DNA from: Paramecium tetraurelia
Taxonomy: Eukaryota
Reading direction: 5' to 3'
NCBI GenBank assembly: GCA_000165425.1
Contig: CT868069.1
Span: forward strand, 1 to 64,000
DNA: 64,000 bases
In this document: piece after piece, positions 1-13,449 of the stretch
Layout of the letters: each line of letters begins with the position of its first letter
Numbering within the stretch: the stretch's first letter is position 1
Translations under genes and position numbers: made by a program
The notes under the pieces: model-generated
What the model saw: only the letters and a program-made list of their open reading frames with translations
What the model was told of the DNA's origin: nothing
Database searches by the model: none

Positions 1-217
1 AATAAATTACAATTACAATTGTAAATCTATCAATTATATTCAAATCTGGTTTCATACAAAATCTTTGATGGTCTTGTTATTTTATAATATTAACATTAAT
101 TAATAAATTACTCTTTTTTCATTCTTATGTTTATTTAATTAATTTGCATTAGATAAAAAGATATTATATTTTCCTAACTCTAATATAAATTCTGATCATT
201 AATTGTTAATAAAATAA

Positions 218-1204
218 ATGTAATAAACAGCATCGGGTCCTAGTCCAGACGAAGTTATGGTTTACTTTTTTACAGAAGAACCAAAATATTATCAAAGAGA
301 TTATTCTGTGATAATGGAAGACCTGATGAAGAGAGAAAAATGCGATTGGGTGTTATTTAATGAAGATTCAAGACAGTATGCTAATGAAGAAAATATTTAA
401 TTCTTAAGTGACTTAAAAGCTATTAGACTAATAGAAATTTCATAGATGTTAAAACTAAATAAACAACTCCAAGAGAAAATCGATGAGTATGATAAATTGA
501 AAATAAAACCTGAAGATTAAGAATCACTTATACAACATTACGGCAGCTTACGTGATACAACCTCATATTAAGCCATTTCAATACAATAAAAAGAAAAAAA
601 AGCGTCTGACCTAGAATAGGAATTAAACTAATAGAAAGATTTGGTAAAAAAATATCAAAAAGAAAAAGAATAATATGAATAAGATTTAAAAAACAAAATC
701 AATTAATATAATGAATTGCTAACTAAAGCAACGAATGAATTACTTTAAAAGAAAAAATTAGCGAATGATAATGAAATATTGAGAGTTTAGAGTCAAGAAT
801 TAGATTAACGTAGTGCGAAAACTGATATATTATAAAAAGATATAAGAAATTTAGAAAATCAATATAATCAGTTAACAGATTAAATAAGAGACAAATAAAA
901 TCAATTAAATCAGTTAGAAAAAGTTGTAGAAGAAAGATAAAAAGAAAAAGAAAAAGAATTTTAGCAATTAAAAATAGAAGTAAATAATAAAATATAATCA
1001 TAGCAATCAGAATAAATAATTAGTAGAAGCAATGAATTCGTTATTGCATAGAACACAGTGAAATAAAATAATAAATTACATGAATCATCGTCCTCAAAAA
1101 CTGATTCTCCTGAAGAATCAGAAATAAATTAAGTTCCATATTAATTAAATTAATTTCAAGACAAATCCGTACAAATGGGCCTTTATGATGATTAAGGGAT
1201 CTGA
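218..1204 (+). CDS. Coiled-coil protein with an N-terminal domain shared with the alpha-kinase-like family, but no kinase domain
   Basis: Intronless ORF under code 6, MQQTASGPSPDEVMVYFF...LYDDQGI*. Heptad-rich middle. N-terminal DYSVIMEDLMKREKCDWVLFNE resembles DYHALIEELEKQHKGKCLLFDQ of the gene at 6228-8135. Confidence 0.8.
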
Positions 1205-1429
1205 TTTTTAAATATGCAATTCTATTGCTATAAATTTGTATTTATATTAGGATTTTCTTAATTTCATTAAAAATAAAATGTAACCCTTTTGACATAATAT
1301 CATTTGTACTAACTTTAAAACTATATCGTTTTATTCTATATTTGATATTCAAGTTTTTGAGTACTTTTTAATTTTTTCATTAGAAAGAGAAAGAGATATT
1401 ATTATTTTAAATGTAAATAAATGAATTTT

Positions 1430-3043
1430 AAATAAAAGGAATGTTAAATACAAAAACAGAAAGTTAAGTAAGATTCATATATATGTAAATAGTCTTTAAA
1501 AATGATCATAATTAAGATTAGCTATGAATACTATACTCTCTTTACCTCTTAAGACTTAAATCTTGTTATGTTCTCATAGTCTATAATTAATCGTGAAGAC
1601 TACTAAGATTCTTTTATTTTTGTGTAGTTTCTTCATTTTTCTCTTTGATAATTTTGTTAATTAATGTTGATATTTAAGAAGTCTGTCAAAAGTCTCTCTT
1701 TGAGAATTTCTTCCGATATAGTCGATTTAGAGCAATCGTTATCTTACTTTAAGTAAGGAGGAATATGAGTTTTATCCTTTTGAGCTATCGAGGTTTTATC
1801 TACTCTATAATAGCTGTTAGACTTATTTAATTCTTTGTTGAACATTTTCTCCTCACTCATTTGTAGATTTTATTGGATCTACTAACATTATTAAATTATT
1901 TATTTTTTTCTCTCGACTTTATCTTAATTCTTTGTATTATACAGCTAATTGATGTCTGCTTACTTTTTTTTCAACTTCATATGAATAATTCTATTAACTA
2001 ATTTTTAGCAAATGATAAACAAATATATCTGCTCTTATTATAATCAAATATTTGTGACCTTGCAAAACCAATAATTACAATTTCTCATTTTACCTAATAC
2101 AGCTATAAGACGAATATAAGTATTATAGTTCTTATTTCACAAACATTATTTTGAATTGGTAAAAATAAAATAGTTAGAAATTTACCTACTGATTGAAGCA
2201 TAAAGTGATGTTGAGAGAAGAGAATGGATTTTTGTAATGATTTTAAAAATAAATAATATTAAGCTTACCATAAAGAAAGCATGTGATATTGTAATTAATT
2301 TCATTTCAATTTTATTATATTATTATTATTAGTAATTCATTTTACATTAACAATTATATTATTTAAGTATTTATTAAATCTTAATTAACTCAATATTATA
2401 TAATTTTAATATTCTTTTCATTTAATTAAATCCATTGATATTTCCTAAGTACTCTATGGCAATAAAATATAAAATATTTCACCGTAAATTTCTAAGGAAA
2501 CCCAGTTATCCATTTATATCATAATCGCCTCAGTCTTTACTTGTTTATTAGAACGAATTGGAATGGCGAAGTTAGTTAGAATGTGATAGGAAGTGAATCT
2601 GAGATAGTAGACAGTGTGAATTATTCATTTTGAGACGGTAGACAAGGAGGACCATAGTAGTAAATTTAATCTAACATTAATATAGACTCTCTGTATAAAG
2701 TTTGTTTTTTATTATTCTTTTTTCATTGAAGACCCTTCTATTGATGATTAGGGTCTTGATATTTATTTAATATCAACCGAATAAATTACCCCTTCATCGT
2801 ACATCAATTTTTTTAAAATACCGAAAAATTATATTATAGAAGAGGAAATAATTTCATGAGAATAGAACGCCCATTATAAGTAGATAATCATATATGATGC
2901 AAAAATTAGAAGTGTCTGATATCTATTTGATACAGCAATATAAGTAATAGCGTAATGATTACATTAATAAATATTTTGTAATGTGATAAGAATTTGATAA
3001 AATCTCTAAGTTGATATTTATTGAAATGAAGAAATATTTCCAT
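1430..3043 (-). pseudogene. Probable degraded or unresolved gene(s), possibly a membrane protein
   Basis: Protein-like segments on the minus strand (MEIFLHFNKYQLRDF..., MKLITISHAFFMVSLILFIFK..., MSEEKMFNKELNK...) are broken by TGA and frame changes I could not resolve with canonical tiny introns. Confidence 0.3.
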
Positions 3044-3091
3044 TAATATTAATTTTAAAATAATTTTCAAACTTATTGATAAACCACGTTG

Positions 3092-4667
3092 ATGCAAAAC
3101 CCTTTGAACTTCAATTAAACAATATCAAGCGAACTAAATAGTAATTATTTTTTTAATGGATAGGTTTTATAAATATGCCAGAATTAATGATACCCTTAGT
3201 TTCTCATGAACTATAAATTAATAACCTTCATCAAATGACCAGGTCTATTACTTTGTCAGAGAATTCAGCCATGATAGAAGAAAAACAATATGTATAAATT
3301 TTTATATACTAGTAACAAAACCACCCATCCGAAAAAAAGTTCTCCTAAGGTTCAGAAAACGTATAGTAAATTGTAACTCCCAAAAGGAATGGTCTCGATT
3401 ATAATAGAGAATCTCCTTTTGTCAAGATCAGTGTGTATAAGCAGCACCAAATGGCTAATTAGAAAATTTACATTCTCTAAGATGACAAGTAATCATTTCT
3501 TTTATAGATTAGGATTATTGGAAGCAATCAAATATAGAAAAATGAAATATAAATTATTCGTCGTAAGAAGCAATAGCATTTAGGAGATAATAATGTGGAT
3601 TTGGGTAATTATTTTAAATGATCATATTTTTAGGTCTTTCATCATAAGAATCAAATGTTGAGCAGGTCCCTTGCAAAATTTCAACTGAATTTGGTTTCCG
3701 CCATTCAAGTAGGATCACTTCACAAATTTTATGTTTCTTATCTTTAAAGTATTTCCATAACAGATTTTCAGAATTACCTTCAAATATCTTCAAACTTATT
3801 CACTCATTTATCAAGTAAATATTCTTTTTGATATTTTTAGAGAAAAACCTAAATTCTTCGTATAGGATTGCGGCACTACTTTGAAAACCTTAATTAGAAT
3901 ATAAAAGGAGAGTCCAAGAATAATGAATGAAAACAACAATTATTTAATTGGAGCTGATTTCTATTTCCATGTGGTTCAATTAAATTCGATACCATAGTCA
4001 ATTGAAAATAAGAAGAAGGATAAGGATAAGGAGAGTCCAAATGAGTACTTCTTTTAGACTCTTGTTAGAGAAAATGAAAAATATAGAGCTCGAATTCATG
4101 GTTTGTCTAAGGAAGAACAAGAATAATTCTAAGGTTTCTAATTTAATAACCCTAGTACATTTAGAAGAATACAGAACATTAAAGAAGAAGGGAAGGAAAT
4201 AATATCATCTTTAAAATTGTAATAGACCATTCCTTAAAATTTAATTTGATACCCCAATCTCTAAACAAATTGCTGTTTTTATTGGAAAGGCTGGCTTTGA
4301 ATAAACTTTTAAGATTGGAAGATCTTAGGATTGTGACATCATTGTCAATATGAATACTGTCTCTAGAAAACAAACTTAGATTAAATTTAACAAAACTTAA
4401 TGGGAAATATGTGATGGAGAAGGAATACGATAATCTGCTAATGGAACTTGGCAATCCTTATAACCATATGAACAACCCATTTTGGCTACTAAATTAAAAC
4501 AGAGTGATCCATTCCTGATTGAGGATAAGATGGAAATTAAAATATGTGAAAACATTTTTAAATTTGAAATGGTGGGATTTGGAGTTTCAAAAAAGTAATA
4601 TAATATAATTATTTTTAGACGAAAATTGACAAATACATTATACTAGGAATTAACTTAATACAATTGA
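3092..4667 (+). CDS. FHA domain-containing protein
   Basis: Multi-intron gene. The C-terminal part FKIGRSQDCDIIVNMNTVSRKQ...DGEGIRQSANGTW carries the FHA GR, SR and NGT motifs. Confidence 0.85.
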
Positions 4668-4822
4668 ATTTCATTTTATGTGATTTCAACAGTTTTATAT
4701 ATATATATTTTAAGTATTAAAATAAAGCAGTTTATTATTTTATCAATAATAATTCATTCAGCTAATAAATATATATGAATTAATGATGAATTAAAAATTT
4801 TGTTAATAGAATTATTATAAAT

Positions 4823-5710
4823 ATGAAGTTGAAAAAGAGAGTAAAAGGTGGAAGTTATTAAAAGGGAAGAATAAAAAATAAGAAAATAAAGAAAGTAGAA
4901 TAAAATGAGAAAGTAAAGAATATAGATTTGGGTAAACCTCCAAATTTATAAAATATTACTATAAAATAAACCTAATATTTGGGCAGCTAAAGAGGTTTCT
5001 ATTAGATTATTAACATTTCTTATTACCTAAGGAAGACATATACTACTCCATCTTGCAGGAGCAAAGAAATCAATAAGTAATGAAGACAATAGAAGAGAAA
5101 TAAAGGAAAAACAAGAATTATTACACTTTATTAACAAAATGAAACCATTTTATGATTTATTAGAATCTATATATCAAAATTATCTTGAATTTCCAATTAA
5201 ATAGAAAAAGAAAGAAAGATTAATAGTATTTTTTTTTAGAAATAATTCTGATGTTGATCCTAATTATGATAAATTAAATCCTTTAGAAAATTCAAAATTT
5301 TAACAGAATTTAGATGAAATTAAATTGTAACTTGATAAAGTCTTTTATAGAGACCTTTATAATATATTAAAATAACTCGAAGGAAATGAACATAATATAT
5401 AAGATCAAATTAATTTAATCACTTAAGATATAATTGAATAGACCAATTAATTAAATGAACTATCTTAAGCTAATACTATAGTGAAGAATTTATTTATTTA
5501 GTTATTAATAGAATAAGGAAATCATAAATTCTCATAATTAGAAACATTAATTGAAAAATAGAATAAAAACTAATTAATTTTAATGTTTAAACAGCTTATT
5601 ACTTAGAATTCAATTCGAATTACAAAGTTTATAACAGATATAGTATAATTATTTCAAGGAGATGATTTAAACAATTCAATTTAATGTACTTTTCAACAGA
5701 CAAATTATGA
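4823..5710 (+). pseudogene. Uncharacterised basic/coiled-coil gene, possibly frameshifted
   Basis: MKLKKRVKGGSYQKGRIK... stops near 5080. A second long frame (LAGAKKSISNEDNRRE...) continues. The junction and 3' end are unresolved. Confidence 0.3.
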
Positions 5711-6227
5711 CGAAAACTATCATATACAACAAAAATGGCAATCTTAAGAAAATGAAAACTCAGTTTATTTAAGTGATTGATTACAAATTCAAATAAAGTT
5801 TTATTTTTCATATCTACTCTTATAAGTACAAATTATTATTTACTTATTTCACTTTCAATTACCAAATGTTAGAAAAGATTCTTTATGATAGTCCTAAAAA
5901 TTAATATCAAATTCATATTCACTTTTTTATATTTAATTCATGCTTTTAATATCCAAATCAATGATGAACTCTTAATGGTGCAATTATTATAAGCTCTATA
6001 CAAAATTATTAATAACATTATAAAATATTGGAATATTTTTTTTGATTTTATGTTAAATTCAAAACATATTCTCTAAGAAATACACCTATCAATTATTTAA
6101 TTAGTAAATTTATATTAAATACTTTTACATCTACAAAACAACTATCATATATTAAATGAATACTTTATATATATATATATCAATAACAAATAGAAGATTC
6201 GAGGAATTCATTAAATATTTATATAAA

Positions 6228-8135
6228 TCATTTTTGTTCATACCAAACTTTTTTTGCCTGATTCTATAATTGATCAGACCAATATCTTTAATTTATTCCT
6301 TCTTGAGCCTTAAGCATTTTTTCGAATTCCTCAATTTTAGATCTTCCTTAATCTAATAATGAAAATCCTTTTTCATAGTTTGAATGTATAATAATGCTTA
6401 ATATTATGATTTCTATTTTTTCCCCATATTAGCATTCTATTAATCCAAAATTTTTATTTGTTTATTCCCCATATTAGCATTCTGATATTGCAAAATTTTT
6501 ATTTGTTGCAAAATAGAAATATCTAAAAAATGAAGAAATATATTGATCCATAGGTGATATATTTTAAAAAGGTATAAAAATTTTAATATCGGTTTACAGG
6601 CATTCTTAATAAACGGAATAATTGTCCATTTAATCCTTGACTAAGAATTATTTTGGGAATTTCAAATTCCATATTTGTTAAAATTATTGCATGTTATTTT
6701 ATAAATGATCTCTTTAAAATAAATTAAAATAGCCCTATACAATTAATAAATTTAAAATGGTATCAATAGCTTCATGGTTAGACATTGGATGTGCAAACAC
6801 TTTTTAGATATTTATTTACTATCCATGAGCAATTATAGACATTTATTTTTCATTAATACTTTAAGCATAATGGCATTTCTTTTTATAAATACAATTTTGC
6901 CTAAAGAAAAAGTTCTTTTCATTGATACATTTCAAAAATTCTTGTTCCTTTAATGTTACTTGATATATCTCTAACCCAATTGATTTCTAAAAAGTTTAAC
7001 TTCTATCAATTTAAAGACTGATATCTTTGATCAATTTATTTTAATCCAAAAATTTTGTAATCGTACTATCAAGGAATTTTATTTGATTTTCCAATATTTA
7101 TTTGTCCTCCTATTCTTCTTCATCAGTGCAAAATTTATGAAGCTCACAAGCAGTTTATTATAATTTCTGTGATTGCCTTTTTTATTCATCTGATGAATTA
7201 TTTTAATAATTTATTTATTCTTTTAATTCAACTAATTAATTTTATAACTGTTGTATTTCAATTTTTTAATTATTTACTATTTCTTTTGATTCAGATAATT
7301 CATGCTATAACTATTGTGATTCAATGGATAAATGATTAATTTATTCTTTTGATTGAGATAATTAATTTTATAATTTTTCTCTTGATTGTTGTGATTAAGT
7401 CAATTCTTTTTATACATGTGTTAATTAAATGGATTAATGATCTGTTAATTCTTTTGATCTCTTTAAATCGTTTTTCAAACCTTCCAATTCGTTTTTCAAA
7501 CCTTCTGATAACAATTAATAATGCTTCATCCCATCTTTTAAATTCTCTAATCTTTATTCTAAGTCTGAATTATATTAAACTTAATCTTGCTACTATGATT
7601 AAGATTTAGATTGATATAATTCTTGCGATAATCTTTCAATTTAAGAGTTTTAATCTAATAATAATTTTTTATTTTAGTCATATGAATCTTGAATTTTTTA
7701 TATTTTTCCATCTTTTTCTTATCTTTAATCATCTAATTGTGTTTGAAGTTTGTTAATTTATATCTCTAGTTCTTTAATTTTTTTTTCTAAATCAAATTCT
7801 TTAGTTGACTTACTATAAACAATGCTTTTGCCTTCAGAGTGTTATTTATCTGCCTGAACTCGATAGTCTTGTATTTCTTTGTTTAATTTTTCCACCTCAC
7901 TCTCTTTTTTTATAAGGTTTTGTATAAGAGTTGGAATCTAATGAATTATAACAAGTTTCATATTTTCCCCCTTAACAAATATTTCTGAAGTAATCAGGCT
8001 TTCCAAAACCTAATCAAACAACAAACATTTTCCCTTGTGTTACTTTTCCAACTCTTCAATTAGAGCATGATAATCCTTACTTTCTTTATTTTCAACATTA
8101 ATCCAACGAAATTAGATCCCTTCTCCCTGATTCAT
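6228..8135 (-). CDS. Coiled-coil protein with a highly degenerate alpha-kinase-like C-terminal domain
   Basis: 1908-nt intronless ORF. The C-terminus YISSFFRYFYFATNKNFAISECQYG...IIHSNYEKGFSLLDQGRSKIEEF...YWSDQL aligns by eye with the gene at 39326-42399. Confidence 0.75.
6421..6507. repeat. In-frame 45-nt tandem duplication inside the CDS
   Basis: TCCCCATATTAGCATTCT recurs at 6421 and 6466. It encodes TNKNFAISECQYGEQ / TNKNFGLIECQYGEK on the minus strand. Confidence 0.9.
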
Positions 8136-8271
8136 TAAAATAAATATTATTTTTTATTTTTGATTAAATCCGTTTTTATACTCAAGATTTTTGATAAGAA
8201 TATATTTGTAGATTAATTAAATAATAACAAAATATAAGAGTAATTTATTAATAAATGTTAATATTATAGAT

Positions 8272-9749
8272 TCACATAAGCTTCCAAGATTTTAAATCAA
8301 AACTAGAGTTTAAAATAATTTATATATTTACAATTGTAATTTAATTAATTTATCTTTGATAACTGTAAAGTAAATCAATCCATATAACCATCCTAAGAGC
8401 ACAACAGTTTTGTATGGAAGCAGATGCAATAAAAATAAGGAAACACTAGCGGAAAACTAAGTTCCAAATAAATAACAACTAAATAATAATGTGGCATATG
8501 TTCCACCAATGGTTGGATCAGCAATTCTCAAAAAGAATGCAGATAATGTGCATGAAATAAATGAATTATTAAATTCATATAGATATTATAAGACAAACTA
8601 AATAATATTCTATAATTTACATATACGGCTTAAGTAAACTTATTATATCCCCCCATTTTGATAAAGCTAATAACATAAACAAAATGAGTTGCCATAACCA
8701 AAAACATTAGATAATAAGCATTTAATACCCAAGTCATCTCCTTCCCTCTTTATAAGTACTTAGCAACCAATAAAGAACTTAATATCCAAGATGTAGTACA
8801 TAGAGCTTCAATAGACGCATATTCAGATTAAGGGAATCCCATTTGAATTAAGTTTAATGATGTTGATGCTATCACTGGAGCAAATGCAAATCTCCTTGTT
8901 AACAGAAACAGTAATAAAAATCGTAAATTTGGATTACTTAATAATGAAAATGATAATCTTAAAACCTAGATAAAATTAGGTTTTTCCTCCTCTAAATAAT
9001 CTTCAGTAACTAAGCATTATGTGATAATTGCTATTAATAATATTAAAGAACCTAAAATATATGTGTATGAGTTTAATGATATTATTGGTTAATCTAAACC
9101 CAAATATTCATGACAAAAGTAACCAGATGTTATATTCATCAATATAGCATAACTAAATACAAATCCTAATGATAATCCAACCATCTAACAAGTTGCCCCC
9201 AAATGAACATAATGTTTTGAGAAAGATGTTAGAACCCATCCATTAGTTGCTATGGTTGCACACGCTTACAAAACTGTAAGTAATATTGTTAATCCAAACA
9301 AAGGATACAAATTAAGTTCTTCTATCCATTACGAATACCCACTATATGCCAGAGTTATGAATGTTAAACCAAGCATATACAAGGAAGGTATCACATAAGT
9401 CTTCCTCTTTCCAAATTTACTTAAATAGAAACTATCCACAAAGGGAGCCAAGATTAATTTGAAAGATAATGGATAAAGACTAGTAACCCAAAAAGCTATA
9501 ATCTAATTCATATACCTTACCCATCTAGCCTGATGAAATGCCACTTCCCTAAAGAAGAAGAGTCAATGAGGCATAAAATCCAGCTGGTATTCCAATCACA
9601 AAATATAATACAGTAAATCTAATGATAGCTTTTAGTTCTGAGCTAGATATTTAAGGTTTCATTTTCTCAGAGATTTGCTCTTCTATCGATAGTTCTTGTG
9701 GATCTTCAACTTAGAATTCATTCATTTCTATTTCTTCTTTCGCATACAT
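8272..9749 (-). CDS. SLC33A1: Acetyl-CoA transporter 1-like (MFS, AT-1/AmpG family)
   Basis: Motifs YPLSFKLIWAPFVDSFYLSKFGKRKTYVIP and RIADPTIGGTYATLL; many TM segments; tiny introns. Confidence 0.85.
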
Positions 9750-10999
9750 TTTAAAAATTAATATAAAAATATTTCATATATGTTAGAATATTATGTCATG
9801 TTGGCTAATAAAAATAGCCAATCAAATTATGAAACTAAAATAGAAGTAGTAGTCAAATGCCATAGTATCATTTAAATTTTAATAAAGAATAATAATATTT
9901 CTTCGGAACTGCCATTAAAATAAATCAATAAAATATTATAACTATTTTTAACCCTTAAAGGAAGCGATTAATAAACTATATCCTAAATCTAAATACAAAA
10001 TAATGAATTTAACTCTAGTATCGTAATCAATTATTATTATAAATATTATATTATAATTATTCGCATAACCTAGATTCTCATTGAGAACATAAATTCAAAT
10101 AACTTTCTTTATTAAAACTCTGTTCCAGAGCAAGGCTCCTCTTCTTTTAATGTTTTTCATCTGAGGGATACATTTTTAAATTAAACTCTCAATTTTGTTT
10201 CTTAATTAAAATTTAAATTAAGAGATACATCAAATCCTGAATGATCTTTACTGTTTTAGCTTATTTAAGTGTAATTTCTTATTTCTTTATTTAAATTATT
10301 AAAAAAAATCTAATGATTTGGTTTATATTAATTGCAGTAACATTCTCTTTCTACTTTATCTATCAAGCATAGTTTAAAATTTTCTATTCGATTTCAGTGT
10401 TCACTATCAATTTCTGAATAAACTTAAGCTGCTATTCTCACATAGAAATGCTAATGCAAATATTTTAGATACATTATCGAATTCATACATTTAATTTCAA
10501 TTAAATAATTATTATTACATAATAATCATTCTACTTACTAAAACCTCCTATCTAAAAATATTTGCTTCTTATAACTATCTATTTAAAATTATTCCATAGA
10601 ATTATTGAAATCTTTCTAGTTGCAGAATTAATCTAATGAAAGGGTCAACAGAATTTAAAAATAGAATAAAGAGAACATTATTATTTCTCAAGGTTTTCTA
10701 ATTATCACAACATTAATAGAAAGTTCAACGTAGAATTATTATTTCAGCTTTTACTATTGTTTTGCGTTTCTTAAAGAGAACCAATATAACTTTTAATTCA
10801 AAAGAAATTATTTCTAAAATTACATCTAAATCTTATATCTAAATTTGAAGCTTTTCAAATTGTTTCTTTATTTATAATAAATAATATTCTCAAATTATGT
10901 TTAGAATTAAGAAATTAAAAATGAACAAGTATTTGAAAAGACATTTGTAAACTTTTATTGAGTTGTTAATTATGAATTATAATTATTATATATAATTGA

Positions 11000-11664
11000 T
11001 CAGACTTTTAATGTATCTCTGTTTTACTAAGCTTCCAAATTCAGAGGTGTTTTCAGTATTGAATTTTAATCCAAAGTGTGGAACCTTTACCCATTATTTT
11101 ATTATTTTTTCCCTAATATTTAAGAATCATTCTGAAAATCTGCATAGAATTCACCAACATTCATTAATTATACTTTTGGTTTTTTTCTATCTGAATATCG
11201 ACAAACTCTACTAACTTTGTTAGGTGAAAATGTTTATTATTGTCTTGCTTGTACGATTTAAGATTTTGCCCTTGTTGAGATTGTCTAGGTTTTTGTATAT
11301 TAAGTAGAAAATGCAGCATCTTATTCTAAAATTGGAGGAACATAGGGCTTTTAACATTGTTAATTTTAATTGTTAGTTGTAATCTGTTGGTTTCCATTGT
11401 TTTGAATAACAAATTGTAAAGGCTATAACAAATTGCTAAATTTTGGTGGCTGTGCTTTCTAACCTTCCAGTTCTTTAATTTGATTGTAAAGCTTATAAAA
11501 TTGTTTGTCAAAGAAAGTTTTATTTGCTATCTAATCTATGAAATAAAACTATGTTTACTCAATTATAGTTATAAAGATAACTAATCAATCAGCAAAATCA
11601 TCATTCTATTAACAATAGAATTGTACTCGTATTCAAGTTTTTTACTTAGAAATCCACTATACAT
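11000..11664 (-). CDS. Uncharacterised protein
   Basis: MYSGFLSKKLEYEYNSIVNRMMILL...RDTLKV*. Open after removing one 23-nt GTA..TAG intron. Start uncertain. Confidence 0.6.
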
Positions 11665-12252
11665 ATTGAACCAATTAAAATTAAATTATTATTTTAGAAA
11701 ATTACATTACATTTTATGAATTCCATTTAATACCAATAATCAGCCATTAGATATCTTGAAAGTCAAGTCATTATAATTCTTAAGTGCTGGGAATCTAGAT
11801 TGTTTATATTCAGATCTTCTGCTATCTGATATTTATTAATATATGTCTATATACTATAGTTTTGTATGAGAGTCGCTAACTACTACTTAAATACGCAATT
11901 TGTCAAATTAAATATTGATTTTATAATTTAAAGAGATTAATTACAATTATGTTTGATAAACAAATTAGTAAATTTAATCCATAATTACAAAAACATATGT
12001 ATTACTATTATCATAAAAATACTTGTAAAACGCTTGGATATGGTTATTTATGATTTATTTAACCAAGAGACTTAACTAAAAAGAATCAATCAGCTAATTT
12101 AAACTTGTCTAGGAGATGAATTCATTAAAAAAATTAACGATTTTACTTTTTCATTTTATTTCAATAGAAAATGAGAAATTAATAATAAATAGTAATTCGA
12201 AATAATTGTAATCTGTTTTTTTGATTATTAACAATATTATTTTTTATATTGA

Positions 12253-13380
12253 ATGGGAAATGTTTGCTGTTCAAATTAAGAAGTTGGGAGATTGAATCTT
12301 CAACCAATGATTCCATTGATCCCAACTGACGAAGCCTCTTTGGATGAAACCAAAATTGTGAAATTACAATCAAGTATTAGACGTAATAGATGATTTCATT
12401 TCAAGGTTACCTTGCGAAAACAAAATAAAAATAAAAATCAGAGGCATCAGCCACTACTGCCCCTTAAGTTTAATCTAAAGTGAGCGAATAAATAGTTTCA
12501 ATAATAGAAATGATTCCCAAAGATGCATAAAAAGTAGAGTGGCCTTAGAATTTGCTTTAAGCAGTGCAAAATAAATTAAAGGAGTTGCCACCTTTAGTGT
12601 AATTGACACATTAATGCTATCTATTGAATGATGGTTGCTATTATCAAGGACCTTTTGCAGATTATTAAAAAGAAGGATTTGGAAGATAAATTGATTAAGA
12701 TGGTTCTTTATATGAAGGAGCATTCAAATAGAATGTAAAAAAAGGAAAAGGAAGATAGATAAGTTGTGATGGAAGTGTGTAATCAATATAAAATTATATA
12801 GATATGAAGGAAATTTTGATGATAATGAATATGATGGATATGGTGAATTTTAGGATTCTTATGGGTTTGTCTATAAGGGAGAATGGAAGTAATCGTTATT
12901 CCATGGAGAAGGTCATGAAATAAATGAATAATTCTAATACAAAGGAGCATACAAACAGGGACACAGAACTGGATACGGAGAGATCATATATGTGGATGGT
13001 AATAAGTATATGGGAGAATTCCAGAAAAATCGGTTTGAGGGCTTTGGCATTTTCATATATGCAGATGGAAGAAAAGTAATTAATTTGAGCTTATAGTTTA
13101 GTATGAAGGAAGTTGGATGAATAACTAGATGCATGGGAAAGGTACGTTTTCTTGGCCTAATGGTCGTAAATACACAGGAAATGTAATTAAATCTATTGAA
13201 TAGTATTAGTATCATTTAGATTTGAAAGAAGGTTTTGGGGAGTTCATATTTGAAAACGGAAGTAGTTATAGGGGAATGTGGAAACAAGGAAAATAGCATG
13301 GACATGGAGTTATGATTTCAGAATTAGGAGATCAAAGAGAAGGAGAATGGGTTGAAGGAAGAAGAATAAAATGGAGATGA
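12253..13380 (+). CDS. N-acylated IQ-motif MORN-repeat protein
   Basis: MGNVCC N-terminus (myristoylation/palmitoylation pattern), IVKLQSSIRGYLAK IQ-like motif, repeated YxGxW/F...GxG MORN units. Confidence 0.88.
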
Positions 13381-13449
13381 CTATTACTTTGACTGATTTT
13401 AATTAGCTTCTATTCGTAGTATTTATTATTGCAAACTTACTTACTTATT

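Noticed and set aside
723..1001. Hydrophobic standard-code ORFs (also 7349-7609, 34021-34230, 40536-40772, 50871-51170, 53847-54128)
   Set aside because: They are antisense shadows of K/E/Q-rich genes on the opposite strand.
1175..1204. C-terminal DDQGI of the 218 gene resembling the LDQG(I) kinase motif
   Set aside because: The match is only four or five residues with no other kinase motifs; probably chance.
6166..6180. Short (TA)n runs (also near 4697-4708)
   Set aside because: Expected at this AT content.
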